A stretch of 64,000 nucleotides of DNA, taken from positions 1 through 64,000 of IMG/VR virus record IMGVR_UViG_3300024346_010589, one strand, 5' to 3'. Position 1 is the stretch's first letter; every line of letters starts with the position of its first letter. This stretch comes from a virus. This document shows positions 55,835 through 64,000 of the stretch, piece by piece. The position numbers were made by a program, and so were the translations under genes. The notes under the pieces were generated by a model. That model worked only from the letters and a program-made list of their open reading frames with translations, was not told where the DNA came from and did not search any database.

Positions 55835-56869
55835 TTACTTAAACTCATAAGGGTCAACTCCGGGAAAACCTCCAAAAGGAAGACCTTCCTCGGATTCGGT
55901 CCAGAACTGATCCTTACCTTCTGGGTTCTCTGTGATTCTTTTTCCGCCTCCAGCTCCTGTAGCTAAATCTGAGAATCTAAGTCTGCATCCGCATAAACTT
56001 CTATCGCAATCATCTAAAACCCAATTTTCTGTATCGTAAATAGGGTTCGACCTAACACCATCATTCAGGCAAACATAAATATCAATAGGATTCAATGAAG
56101 AATCATGGTCGTAAGGAACCAGCTTAACGGTATCTCCCTTGGAATAAGTAGAAGTTATAGACCAATCTGGATAAACATTTCCTTCCTCAAATTTAGCAAA
56201 CTCTTCGGTTTTAAATTCGCCGCTAAAATATACTTCAGACCCAACCATATCTTCATTATAACCGCTTGGCACAAACCTTTTATTCTTACCGTTCGATATT
56301 GGCTTACCTTTATACCCACAACCTATATCTCCTCTGTATTGCCAAGGACAACTATTAGAGTATACTGTCCTGGCTGGCACGCTTGCGTTCTGCAACTCAA
56401 GCAGTGAAACCAATTCGAACTCTACTATATTATCATCTTCTTTTGTTTTTTGATTAACAAAGAAAACATCTTCACCAAAAGCCGCATCAGGATCAGGTTC
56501 GGCGTGAGGATTAAAATTATTAGGAAAATTAACTGCATCTAAATATTTAACAAATGTTTTTATTCTGGTGACTTTATAATTAATAAAATCTTCAAAGTGA
56601 TTCAGGCGCAATGAGATTACTCCTTGATGATTTGTGAATGTTAATTTAGGTCTGGGCAATCTGCCATCTCCTTGAACCTCAAATCCGTCAGCCTTTATGG
56701 GAAAGAAGTCGTACTCCTGGCTATTGAATACTAGCTTATTTTTATATCCATTTTCTCCAGCATGAAATAAATACTGACCTTTCCCTTTTAAATCTATCTT
56801 ATACAAACATATAATAGCAGAAGGATCCAGCTCGAATAAAGCTTTAATATTTTTACCTGTATCTTTCAT
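55835..56869 (-). CDS. lambda gpL-like minor tail protein (Fe-S cysteines)
   Basis: LPRPKL, VTRIKTFVKYLDAVNF, CPWQYRG..CGY, D.CDRSL.GCRLRF, LPFGGFPG. Confidence 0.88.
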   Translation of the reverse strand: MKDTGKNIKALFELDPSAIICLYKIDLKGKGQYLFHAGENGYKNKLVFNSQEYDFFPIKADGFEVQGDGRLPRPKLTFTNHQGVISLRLNHFEDFINYKVTRIKTFVKYLDAVNFPNNFNPHAEPDPDAAFGEDVFFVNQKTKEDDNIVEFELVSLLELQNASVPARTVYSNSCPWQYRGDIGCGYKGKPISNGKNKRFVPSGYNEDMVGSEVYFSGEFKTEEFAKFEEGNVYPDWSITSTYSKGDTVKLVPYDHDSSLNPIDIYVCLNDGVRSNPIYDTENWVLDDCDRSLCGCRLRFSDLATGAGGGKRITENPEGKDQFWTESEEGLPFGGFPGVDPYEFK

Positions 56870-56887
56870 ATATATATTATAAATTAA

Positions 56888-58033
56888 TTAATCAATAAAA
56901 TCAGCAATATTAATATTATTTTGTAAATTGTATGAATAAGTTGTTCTTGGAGGAGATGCGTATATTTTTGTTATCTCTTTTGTTTGCTTTACTACTGGAA
57001 GGTATGCTAGTTCAGATCTTAGCGCCCTTACGTTTTCCGAAAATAAACTTTTACCACCAAGACCAATATACCAATTCATCCCCTCGCTACTACTAAAACT
57101 AGTATTAGATAATATATTTATATCATCAGAAGCTCCAAAATAATAAAAACAATAGAATATATGATTCTTTAATGTTTCTGGATCTCTTGAGCTTAATTGT
57201 ATGCTTTCATTATCTATATAATTTCCCCACAAATTTCTTTTTAACTTGTTGTACCAATTTTTTTCTAAATAATCCTGCATCTCTTGAATAAAAACTTCAT
57301 CTCTGTTTTGTCCGTTTTTGAATATAGAATCTACGTTGGAGTTTTGGTTTATCTCAAACATGCTGTTCCACTCTTTTAAAGTTTCACCCTTGCTCGCTGA
57401 AGATGTTGTTTTTGTTTTTATTAAGTCTGGTAATAACAAGCTACCAGGCCCGTTGGAATCCCCGCTTATGAAATCCCTTTTTATATCCATTGTGAAAATG
57501 CATCCCTCAAGTGACGAAGCGTAAATATCAAAAGATCCAGTTGAGCTTATTTCTTTATTTTTTATATTCACAAAAGGCATATTACCCTTGAGAGAATATA
57601 CGTTTGAAACCTTCATTATTCCCTGAGGGCTCCACTCATCATCATACAAGTCTTCTAATACAAGCGATCCAGATTTCAAATATTCGTTATTACTTAATTC
57701 TGACTTTTCCGTCAACGAATCTAGTTTTCCTGTCTCAACCTCTTCTGAATTAGAAAGAGAACATACTGAATCCCCAGGAATCCACGCAAAACCTGAAGGG
57801 TAACCAATTTTTTGATTTTCTGATGCGCTTAGTTCAACAGTTTCTTCGGAAATATATTTAACTCTCTCAACTTTCCATGCGTAATCAGAAGTGGAGCTAT
57901 ACTGAATTACCCCAGATATTCCACTATTATATATTCGTATATTCGAACTTGTCCCAGCGTCCATCGCAACATGCATTCTTACATAATCATTACTTGGGTC
58001 GTTGTCACCAGAGGACATACTGTAAATATTCAT
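56888..58033 (-). CDS. hypothetical (tail module)
   Basis: 381 aa ORF in the tail operon. Confidence 0.6.
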   Translation of the reverse strand: MNIYSMSSGDNDPSNDYVRMHVAMDAGTSSNIRIYNSGISGVIQYSSTSDYAWKVERVKYISEETVELSASENQKIGYPSGFAWIPGDSVCSLSNSEEVETGKLDSLTEKSELSNNEYLKSGSLVLEDLYDDEWSPQGIMKVSNVYSLKGNMPFVNIKNKEISSTGSFDIYASSLEGCIFTMDIKRDFISGDSNGPGSLLLPDLIKTKTTSSASKGETLKEWNSMFEINQNSNVDSIFKNGQNRDEVFIQEMQDYLEKNWYNKLKRNLWGNYIDNESIQLSSRDPETLKNHIFYCFYYFGASDDINILSNTSFSSSEGMNWYIGLGGKSLFSENVRALRSELAYLPVVKQTKEITKIYASPPRTTYSYNLQNNINIADFID

Positions 58034-59415
58034 ATCGTCTCTTTCATTGGGTAGTTGTTAAAATCTCCACTATTGACAATAAACATTCTTACATCTTTTG
58101 CTTGTCCTGGAATAATTTCTGCGTTAAAAAATACAGCTTGATTACTTACGTCTCCAGCGTTCTCAACTGGTTCGTTTTTGATAATCATTCCCGTCCAATT
58201 ATAGCCATCAAGTTGCACTTCAGAGGTATTATTACTTGCGTAAGAAACTTGAATCTTCTTGTCTCCATAACTCACTTGCGTTGTGGGTAACGAGGATTGC
58301 AGTAAATTGTTTATGTCATTATCCTGGCCTGCATCTATAACCCCCTGCACTAAGGAGTGAAAAACGCCTAGAGCTCCAGATATTCCTAGGTCCCCATAAG
58401 CTTCATACCAATTAGGTTGCATATTATTCAACATTGCTGCGTAAGCTAAAGAAGAGTCCTTTAATCCTTGGTAAATATTCTGAACCGTCACTACATCAGT
58501 AGTGTTAATCTCTATCGTTTTCTTTTTGCTTAAAAAATAGTCATTCTGTATTTTTTTTAATACTGAAAAGTCGGGCTCTATAAAGTTTTCGTCATTATTC
58601 AAGAAGTCCCTATCAACCGGCTCGCAGATAAATTCTCCCTCTAATTTAAACTTTGGCGAACAATAAGAAGATATAGCTTTTGAGTTATACTTTACCGCTA
58701 CATTTTCTTCACCTTTCTCTTCAAAATACTGGGCATCTTCAGTGTATGATTCAAATAATGACTCCCTGACTTGATAGTTATCATCACCAGACTCCTGAAA
58801 CCACTGAGCTGCAGGATTAAAAGATTTCTCCGCATCATTCAATAGAACCAAATCGCAATGCTCATTTTCCTCCCACCATAAAATAGAAGTATTTGGGTCC
58901 TCCACACAGTTCAATACCTCAAAGCCCGGAAGTATTGAAACGTTAGACTCAAACTTATCTCCAGTTCTATTCTCATAAGTTCCCGCTTTTCCACTTATAA
59001 GCTCGGAATATAAAGGATGAAAAAAAGTATTTATGTTTACTCTTTGGAATGGTTCGACAGTAAAAGGAAGTTCTTGAGTGTTACCAGTATTATATTCTGC
59101 GTAGCCTGAATATTCCGGGTAATTAAATATAGAAAACCTCAACGGGTCTTCGTTTTTAAATCCCGTTATAGTTAAAGGAAGACTACAGGTATTAATTATG
59201 GTTACAAATTTTCCGCTATCCACGGTAATTCTATCAAGCTTACTACAATCAAAGTCAGTAATTGGCAAACAATCTCCTTCTGGGATTATTCTTTTTGATC
59301 CTTCTGTCAGTATATACTTTCTGCCCAACTCATCTATTAAAAAGTCACACCCAGCAAGCACCGACGTTCCGGTTTCCGAAAGGCACACTCCAGACTCTTC
59401 ACTTATGAAACTCAT
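58030..59415 (-). CDS. hypothetical tail-module protein with Ig/ASH-like segment
   Basis: TIINTCSLPLTITG...LPFTVEP....INTFFHP Ig-like pattern; start re-assigned to MSFIS (ATGA coupling). Confidence 0.55.
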   Translation of the reverse strand: MSFISEESGVCLSETGTSVLAGCDFLIDELGRKYILTEGSKRIIPEGDCLPITDFDCSKLDRITVDSGKFVTIINTCSLPLTITGFKNEDPLRFSIFNYPEYSGYAEYNTGNTQELPFTVEPFQRVNINTFFHPLYSELISGKAGTYENRTGDKFESNVSILPGFEVLNCVEDPNTSILWWEENEHCDLVLLNDAEKSFNPAAQWFQESGDDNYQVRESLFESYTEDAQYFEEKGEENVAVKYNSKAISSYCSPKFKLEGEFICEPVDRDFLNNDENFIEPDFSVLKKIQNDYFLSKKKTIEINTTDVVTVQNIYQGLKDSSLAYAAMLNNMQPNWYEAYGDLGISGALGVFHSLVQGVIDAGQDNDINNLLQSSLPTTQVSYGDKKIQVSYASNNTSEVQLDGYNWTGMIIKNEPVENAGDVSNQAVFFNAEIIPGQAKDVRMFIVNSGDFNNYPMKETI

Positions 59416-62400
59416 GGGCAATACTGCAAGCCCCATACGAGACTATAGTAACACTCAGCGGTGTCTGGCGTTAAAGTTATGCTTGTATGCTCCCCCGGAA
59501 ACTGCAGGACTCCAAAAGCCTCCGGCCCCTTGAAGCTAAAGTCTGTATCAACAACTATAGTGGAATGGTCAGCTGATTTTGCTCCTCCCGAATAATCGAC
59601 AACTTTGGTGCTTGTTTTTATAGTTACGCTTAAACCAGGGTTTCCCAAACTATACACAGCCAAAAGAGGATTTCTTATTGGTTGAGAAAATGTATATGTT
59701 TGAGCTGAAGCTATGTTGCACATCTTGAAAGAATTACCCCCTGATGTCGGCGGCTTATCTGCGAAATCCCTTAAAGCCCAAGGGTGGTATGTTGGGGCGA
59801 TAGGTAACTTAGGGCTACTATCAAAAGAAACTTTTCCATATTCTGGGTGGTCTATAATCAGATTTGAATTCATCCATACGCTCTCACAATCAGTTGGGTC
59901 GCTATTATCCTTAGTGTCAGAATCACCTAAAGACTCCTTGCTTGATGGAATGATTATTTCAAAATCATAATTAGCATAACAGTCCATCTCCTTCATTGTC
60001 TCGTCGTCTGAATTGATAAAGAGTTGAACTTTTTCGGAAAAGTCGCTCAACTTATTAGTTTTTACTCCAAAAAATAAATCAAGTTTTTCACCAGGCTTTA
60101 TTGCTGGTAAATGGGAATAATCTCCCCTGTATCCATTACTAGAGGTAACGTTTCCTATATTGTAGTCTGTTATCTGTAAGCCTGAATCTGCCTTAAATAC
60201 TCTTATCGGCATACCTTTAAATGCAACACCTGTATTCTTAACTCCGTTTGTTAAATTTGAGTTTGCGGCCCACCCTCCATTTATGTTTTCTACTATCCCT
60301 TGTCTTGACACTTCGTATTGGGTATTAAATGAAGTCCACAATATATTTGAAGCCTTAGGGTCGTCTGAAAATAAATCTTGATTGTCCGAGTCGCCAAAGT
60401 ATTGGCCGCCGTAACCTTTCACTATTGACCCTAATCCCTGATCTGGCTGCGTGAAAGTTAAATCCCTAACGTTTCCTCCTTTGGGTATACCTTCTTTTAA
60501 TATTTCAGTAGTGTATTTTAATGCGGTGTTTTGGCCTTCGATATTAATTAATGTGTTTTTTAGTTTTACATCGTGAGGGCCACAATTATATAGAACTATC
60601 GATAATACGTTCTGATAACCATTATCATTGGTGAGCATTTCTACAACTTTTATCAAGTCCATTATCCTAGTTACTTCTCCATTTAAGTCACCCCCTTGCG
60701 TTATGGGAAAAAAGAACTGAGGAGTCTTGCCTGGCGGCTCTAAGTATGGCGCCGGCTTATCATAATCATAAACATAATTTGGAGCGTAGTCAGACAATTG
60801 TCCAGGTACGCCTACCCTAGCAAACATAAACACCGTTGGCATTTCCTCTTTATACCATGCGGGATTATCTTTGCCCAGGTCAGGATTATTATAAGCTGAC
60901 TTTCCGCCATCCCTTTCTTTAAATTTATATTGCTCCATCTTGGCATATGGATTTTGAGATTGATAACCATACTTTTTAAGCGTCTCGTCAGATGGTCTTC
61001 TGACCGCCAAGTCTCCTCCTTTTCTTAATTCAGCGCACATGTCAAGAGTATATTGGCTATAAAATTTATTATAGTCGTGACTTGCCCCCTTTAGGGGCAT
61101 GGTGGCGTCAGCGGTTGTAAAAACTCCATCGCTTAGCATTACAACTATTCTATCTGTCACATGTTCGGCTCGTGGGCTATTATAAAACTGAGCCAAGGCC
61201 TGGCTAACTGCTCTAGGTGAATCTTCCAATAGTGGGTCGTTAGGATCTTTTATGTCTATGCTCTTATAAGATTGCACTTTATCAAATGAGCTTGGGTAAT
61301 CTGAAACATCCTGAATTACCTGCCTTGTATCCGCCATCAGTATAAAACCAAGATTAACTCTTTTTTGGTCTATTTTTATTTTAAATCTATCTAGGTTTTC
61401 TAAATTGTAATCATTATTTTCCAGTTCTTCCTGTAACTCTTTTAGCGGGTCATATAATTTAGAAATTAAACTATTTAAAACTTGATCGTCTGCTGGCCAA
61501 GGAGGAACAGTATCGTCTCCACTCCTGGACCCAAAGCTTAATGGTGGAGCGCTGAACTCACCATTGTATGATTCGGTTCCAGGCATGACATAACTATCGT
61601 GAGCTGTTATCATTTTTAAAACCACATCTATACATACCTGATACTTTGTTTTGGTGACGCCATTCGTCTCCATAGAGGCAAATGTCATGCTCCCCGTCGT
61701 GTCAACTATAAAAACTAAATCAACAGCTTTAGATTTTGCAGTTTTCGAGTCTTGATCAAGGTCAAAACCAGCACCCTTTGCAGCCATCAATTGAGAAGAA
61801 AAAGTGCAAAGCTCATGGGTCGTTATTGGATCATATATTTCTGCTCCATAACAGGGTTTATCTTCATCTCTTCCTATTCCAAAAACATTCCTTAGATCCT
61901 CCTCTATTGAAGTTGTGGACTCTATAAATGTCGCAGATATTGTGTGATTATTTTTGTATATTATATCGTGCCCCCAACTAGGACAATAGAAGCTCGAAAT
62001 ATAAGGCCTGCTTGGCGAAGTGATGTAACTTCCATCCTTTAGATATGGGCGCGGCATTTGAAACCTAAACTTCTTGTAACCAAGATGACTCTCAAGGAAC
62101 TGCAATATTTCAGACGCTTCTTCGTCACTTCTTTGTTCAAATGTCAAATTAAAAGTTGATAAGTTTCCGTTAATACCCCTTTTGAATTTTTTGTTGTAGT
62201 ATTTTAGAAAACTTGACTGAATATTATCGGGCGTCTGCTCTAAGCTAAATGCCAAACTTGGCTTGTGGTCAAAGTTCCTGACCTCCAACCATGGATATTT
62301 AGGTATTTCATTCGGGTCTTTTAAGTAAATACTACTCCTGCCCTGAACCGCAGACACAAGCAACCAGAAATCATCCTTCGCTTCTAGTGTAAAATTCTCT

Positions 62401-64000
62401 AAAGGCGTAAAGATTACGTACAGGCTTTCTGCGTCTATGTCTGAGTCTATCTGCATCCTTCTGTAGTTTTTAAGATAAACCTGCCTTTTTCTGGGTGCCC
62501 CGGTTGCTGGATCTATTACCTCTGACGGTATATTCGAAACATGCTCTGGTAAAAGAACCTTACTGAACATACAATCCTCTGGGCAGACTTGCATCTTCTT
62601 CATCATGATATTTCCGCTTATTATGAAATCTTCACCCCTTATTGTTATGAACTCTTCTGTAGTCTCCTCAAAGTATTGAGCTCCATCCTCTGATTCGAAT
62701 AGTTCATTTCTTGGAGTTATTCTATCTACATCAGTTGGTCTCCATAATTGATCTGCCAAGTCAGTGGTGAGCAGCTCTTGCTGCCTAGGTTCTAATTCAC
62801 TTTCACCGACTTCGTCAAACCATTGCACAGAAGTGTTCTCTCCGGCAGAAGATGTTGCTCTCAAGTTTGCAACGTCGGACTCATCTCCTTCTTCAAGTAT
62901 TGGCCAAAAAGCGTATTGGTTTTTTGATATTTTTTTCTTTATCTTTGTTTTTCCAACGTTAAAAATAGAGTTCTTTGGATCTGCAACTGTTATGTAAACG
63001 CAATCTTCTTCTTCTACATCTACATCATCAGTAAAAGTTATTATTCCCCCGGTTATTGGAGCCAAAGGGTCTTCCGGATACCTTTTGATTGTTTTTATTT
63101 TATTGGTATCAATTGTTATAACCCCATCTCCTTCTTCCAAGGTGAAGGTGTTTAATTTTATTTGCTCGCCCTTTTTGAAGTGAGTAGTTTCATCTATGAA
63201 TATAGGTATCAGTGCATCAATTCTTTTGTTGTAACCAGCGTGACTCTCCACGCTTGACAGAGAGCTTTCTGTATTGCATATAAACTTAGCATTTACATTA
63301 TTATTATTCCTATAAGAAATAGTATGGTTAAATTGAGTACAAGTATATTTTAAGTCGCTCCTGTATGGGTACGAAAACTCAAAGTTGAACGCCGATATCT
63401 CGCTTGACAATAACCTGTCGCCCTTATAATCGAGGCTAAAAATTGACTCGTATGCAAATGATTTTTCCTGCAAGAAGTGGACAATAGCTCTAGCTTCCTT
63501 GTCTGTTCGGTTTCTAAAGTTTAATGTTAATTCCATCGGCAATGCGTTTATTGCCATATTGGTAACATAATCTTTACCTTCCCCCATTTTTAATTCTTCA
63601 TTGATTGCTACAAAGTCAGACTTCGCTCCATAGGAAGGCCTCCAAACAAAATCTTGAGTCCAATATTCTAATCCGTCTTTACTATTCGGACTATTGTATG
63701 AAGTTGACTCGTGATCCTTTATGCAATAAAAGAACTTACTTAAATTTCTTACTGATGGTTTTTTGAAAATAAATGAACCAGCACTCATTCCATAAACAAA
63801 TAAAACTAACTGCGCAGAAACAGCCTCATCAGGTATTGAAGTGTTGGCTATATCTAATTGTACATCGTAGTATTCATTATGGTTTAATTCACTAGTCGCC
63901 ATTAACCTATGAGTATCCCTTAGATTCGGCGCATAAAGCTCAACATCACTTTCATCATAAAACTTTATACCAACACCAACTCCAATAGAATCTCCAATAT
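59412..64000 (-). CDS. very large gpM-like tail protein with two minor-tail-M-like domains and a vWA domain (5' end beyond window)
   Basis: Frame is open from 63902 to the window edge; two M-like repeats (L.F..R.D.EA..I..FL); MIDAS DTTGS plus MLSDG. Confidence 0.7.
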   Translation of the reverse strand, partial: IGDSIGVGVGIKFYDESDVELYAPNLRDTHRLMATSELNHNEYYDVQLDIANTSIPDEAVSAQLVLFVYGMSAGSFIFKKPSVRNLSKFFYCIKDHESTSYNSPNSKDGLEYWTQDFVWRPSYGAKSDFVAINEELKMGEGKDYVTNMAINALPMELTLNFRNRTDKEARAIVHFLQEKSFAYESIFSLDYKGDRLLSSEISAFNFEFSYPYRSDLKYTCTQFNHTISYRNNNNVNAKFICNTESSLSSVESHAGYNKRIDALIPIFIDETTHFKKGEQIKLNTFTLEEGDGVITIDTNKIKTIKRYPEDPLAPITGGIITFTDDVDVEEEDCVYITVADPKNSIFNVGKTKIKKKISKNQYAFWPILEEGDESDVANLRATSSAGENTSVQWFDEVGESELEPRQQELLTTDLADQLWRPTDVDRITPRNELFESEDGAQYFEETTEEFITIRGEDFIISGNIMMKKMQVCPEDCMFSKVLLPEHVSNIPSEVIDPATGAPRKRQVYLKNYRRMQIDSDIDAESLYVIFTPLENFTLEAKDDFWLLVSAVQGRSSIYLKDPNEIPKYPWLEVRNFDHKPSLAFSLEQTPDNIQSSFLKYYNKKFKRGINGNLSTFNLTFEQRSDEEASEILQFLESHLGYKKFRFQMPRPYLKDGSYITSPSRPYISSFYCPSWGHDIIYKNNHTISATFIESTTSIEEDLRNVFGIGRDEDKPCYGAEIYDPITTHELCTFSSQLMAAKGAGFDLDQDSKTAKSKAVDLVFIVDTTGSMTFASMETNGVTKTKYQVCIDVVLKMITAHDSYVMPGTESYNGEFSAPPLSFGSRSGDDTVPPWPADDQVLNSLISKLYDPLKELQEELENNDYNLENLDRFKIKIDQKRVNLGFILMADTRQVIQDVSDYPSSFDKVQSYKSIDIKDPNDPLLEDSPRAVSQALAQFYNSPRAEHVTDRIVVMLSDGVFTTADATMPLKGASHDYNKFYSQYTLDMCAELRKGGDLAVRRPSDETLKKYGYQSQNPYAKMEQYKFKERDGGKSAYNNPDLGKDNPAWYKEEMPTVFMFARVGVPGQLSDYAPNYVYDYDKPAPYLEPPGKTPQFFFPITQGGDLNGEVTRIMDLIKVVEMLTNDNGYQNVLSIVLYNCGPHDVKLKNTLINIEGQNTALKYTTEILKEGIPKGGNVRDLTFTQPDQGLGSIVKGYGGQYFGDSDNQDLFSDDPKASNILWTSFNTQYEVSRQGIVENINGGWAANSNLTNGVKNTGVAFKGMPIRVFKADSGLQITDYNIGNVTSSNGYRGDYSHLPAIKPGEKLDLFFGVKTNKLSDFSEKVQLFINSDDETMKEMDCYANYDFEIIIPSSKESLGDSDTKDNSDPTDCESVWMNSNLIIDHPEYGKVSFDSSPKLPIAPTYHPWALRDFADKPPTSGGNSFKMCNIASAQTYTFSQPIRNPLLAVYSLGNPGLSVTIKTSTKVVDYSGGAKSADHSTIVVDTDFSFKGPEAFGVLQFPGEHTSITLTPDTAECYYSLVWGLQYCP

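Noticed and set aside
1-64000. Alternative genetic code, intact tRNAs, integrase/transposase, reverse transcriptase, CRISPR-Cas
   Set aside because: Standard-code ORFs tile the window almost completely, and none of these signatures was found by eye, so a complete DGR cannot be claimed from this window

Overview
A 64 kb, AT-rich, densely coded segment of a large dsDNA tailed bacteriophage, probably aquatic. The host may belong to the PVC group (Verrucomicrobia or relatives), but that is inference only. Most genes lie on the - strand. Layout: (i) RecA/UvsX and small structural-type genes (1-3740); (ii) a ~19 kb glycan-building island (3758-22756) with about 14 glycosyltransferase-like genes (GT2/8/17/31/34/77/92-like and three NodZ/O-FucT-type fucosyltransferases), 4 sulfotransferases, 2-3 methyltransferases, a WcbI-like protein, a GDP-mannose 3,5-epimerase and an embedded GHKL ATPase; (iii) a probable decayed tmRNA, a DnaJ-domain protein, a class Ic-type ribonucleotide reductase whose NrdB lacks the radical Tyr, a papain-like protease and a Nudix hydrolase (22762-29622); (iv) nucleotide-sugar synthesis (Ugd, epimerase, Fcl, Gmd, perosamine synthase, GNAT) and GT9-like genes (29795-38392); (v) a + strand block under sigma70-type promoters with a phage sigma factor, SSB, GT4s, a split GT9 and an ssDNA-annealing protein (38603-46396); (vi) a lambda-type (M-L-K-I/J) tail-tip module decorated with vWA, C-type lectin and LamG-like domains (46393-64000). 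Main hunt results: a near-complete phage pathway for a sulfated, fucosylated, methylated glycan; a repeated GTGTA[A/T] promoter-like motif shared by tail and glycan genes; a 665 bp duplicated adhesin module with clustered non-synonymous variation; a Val-for-Tyr class Ic R2; and a CC1-like putative chromatin protein. All family calls come from motif recognition by eye; no searches were run.
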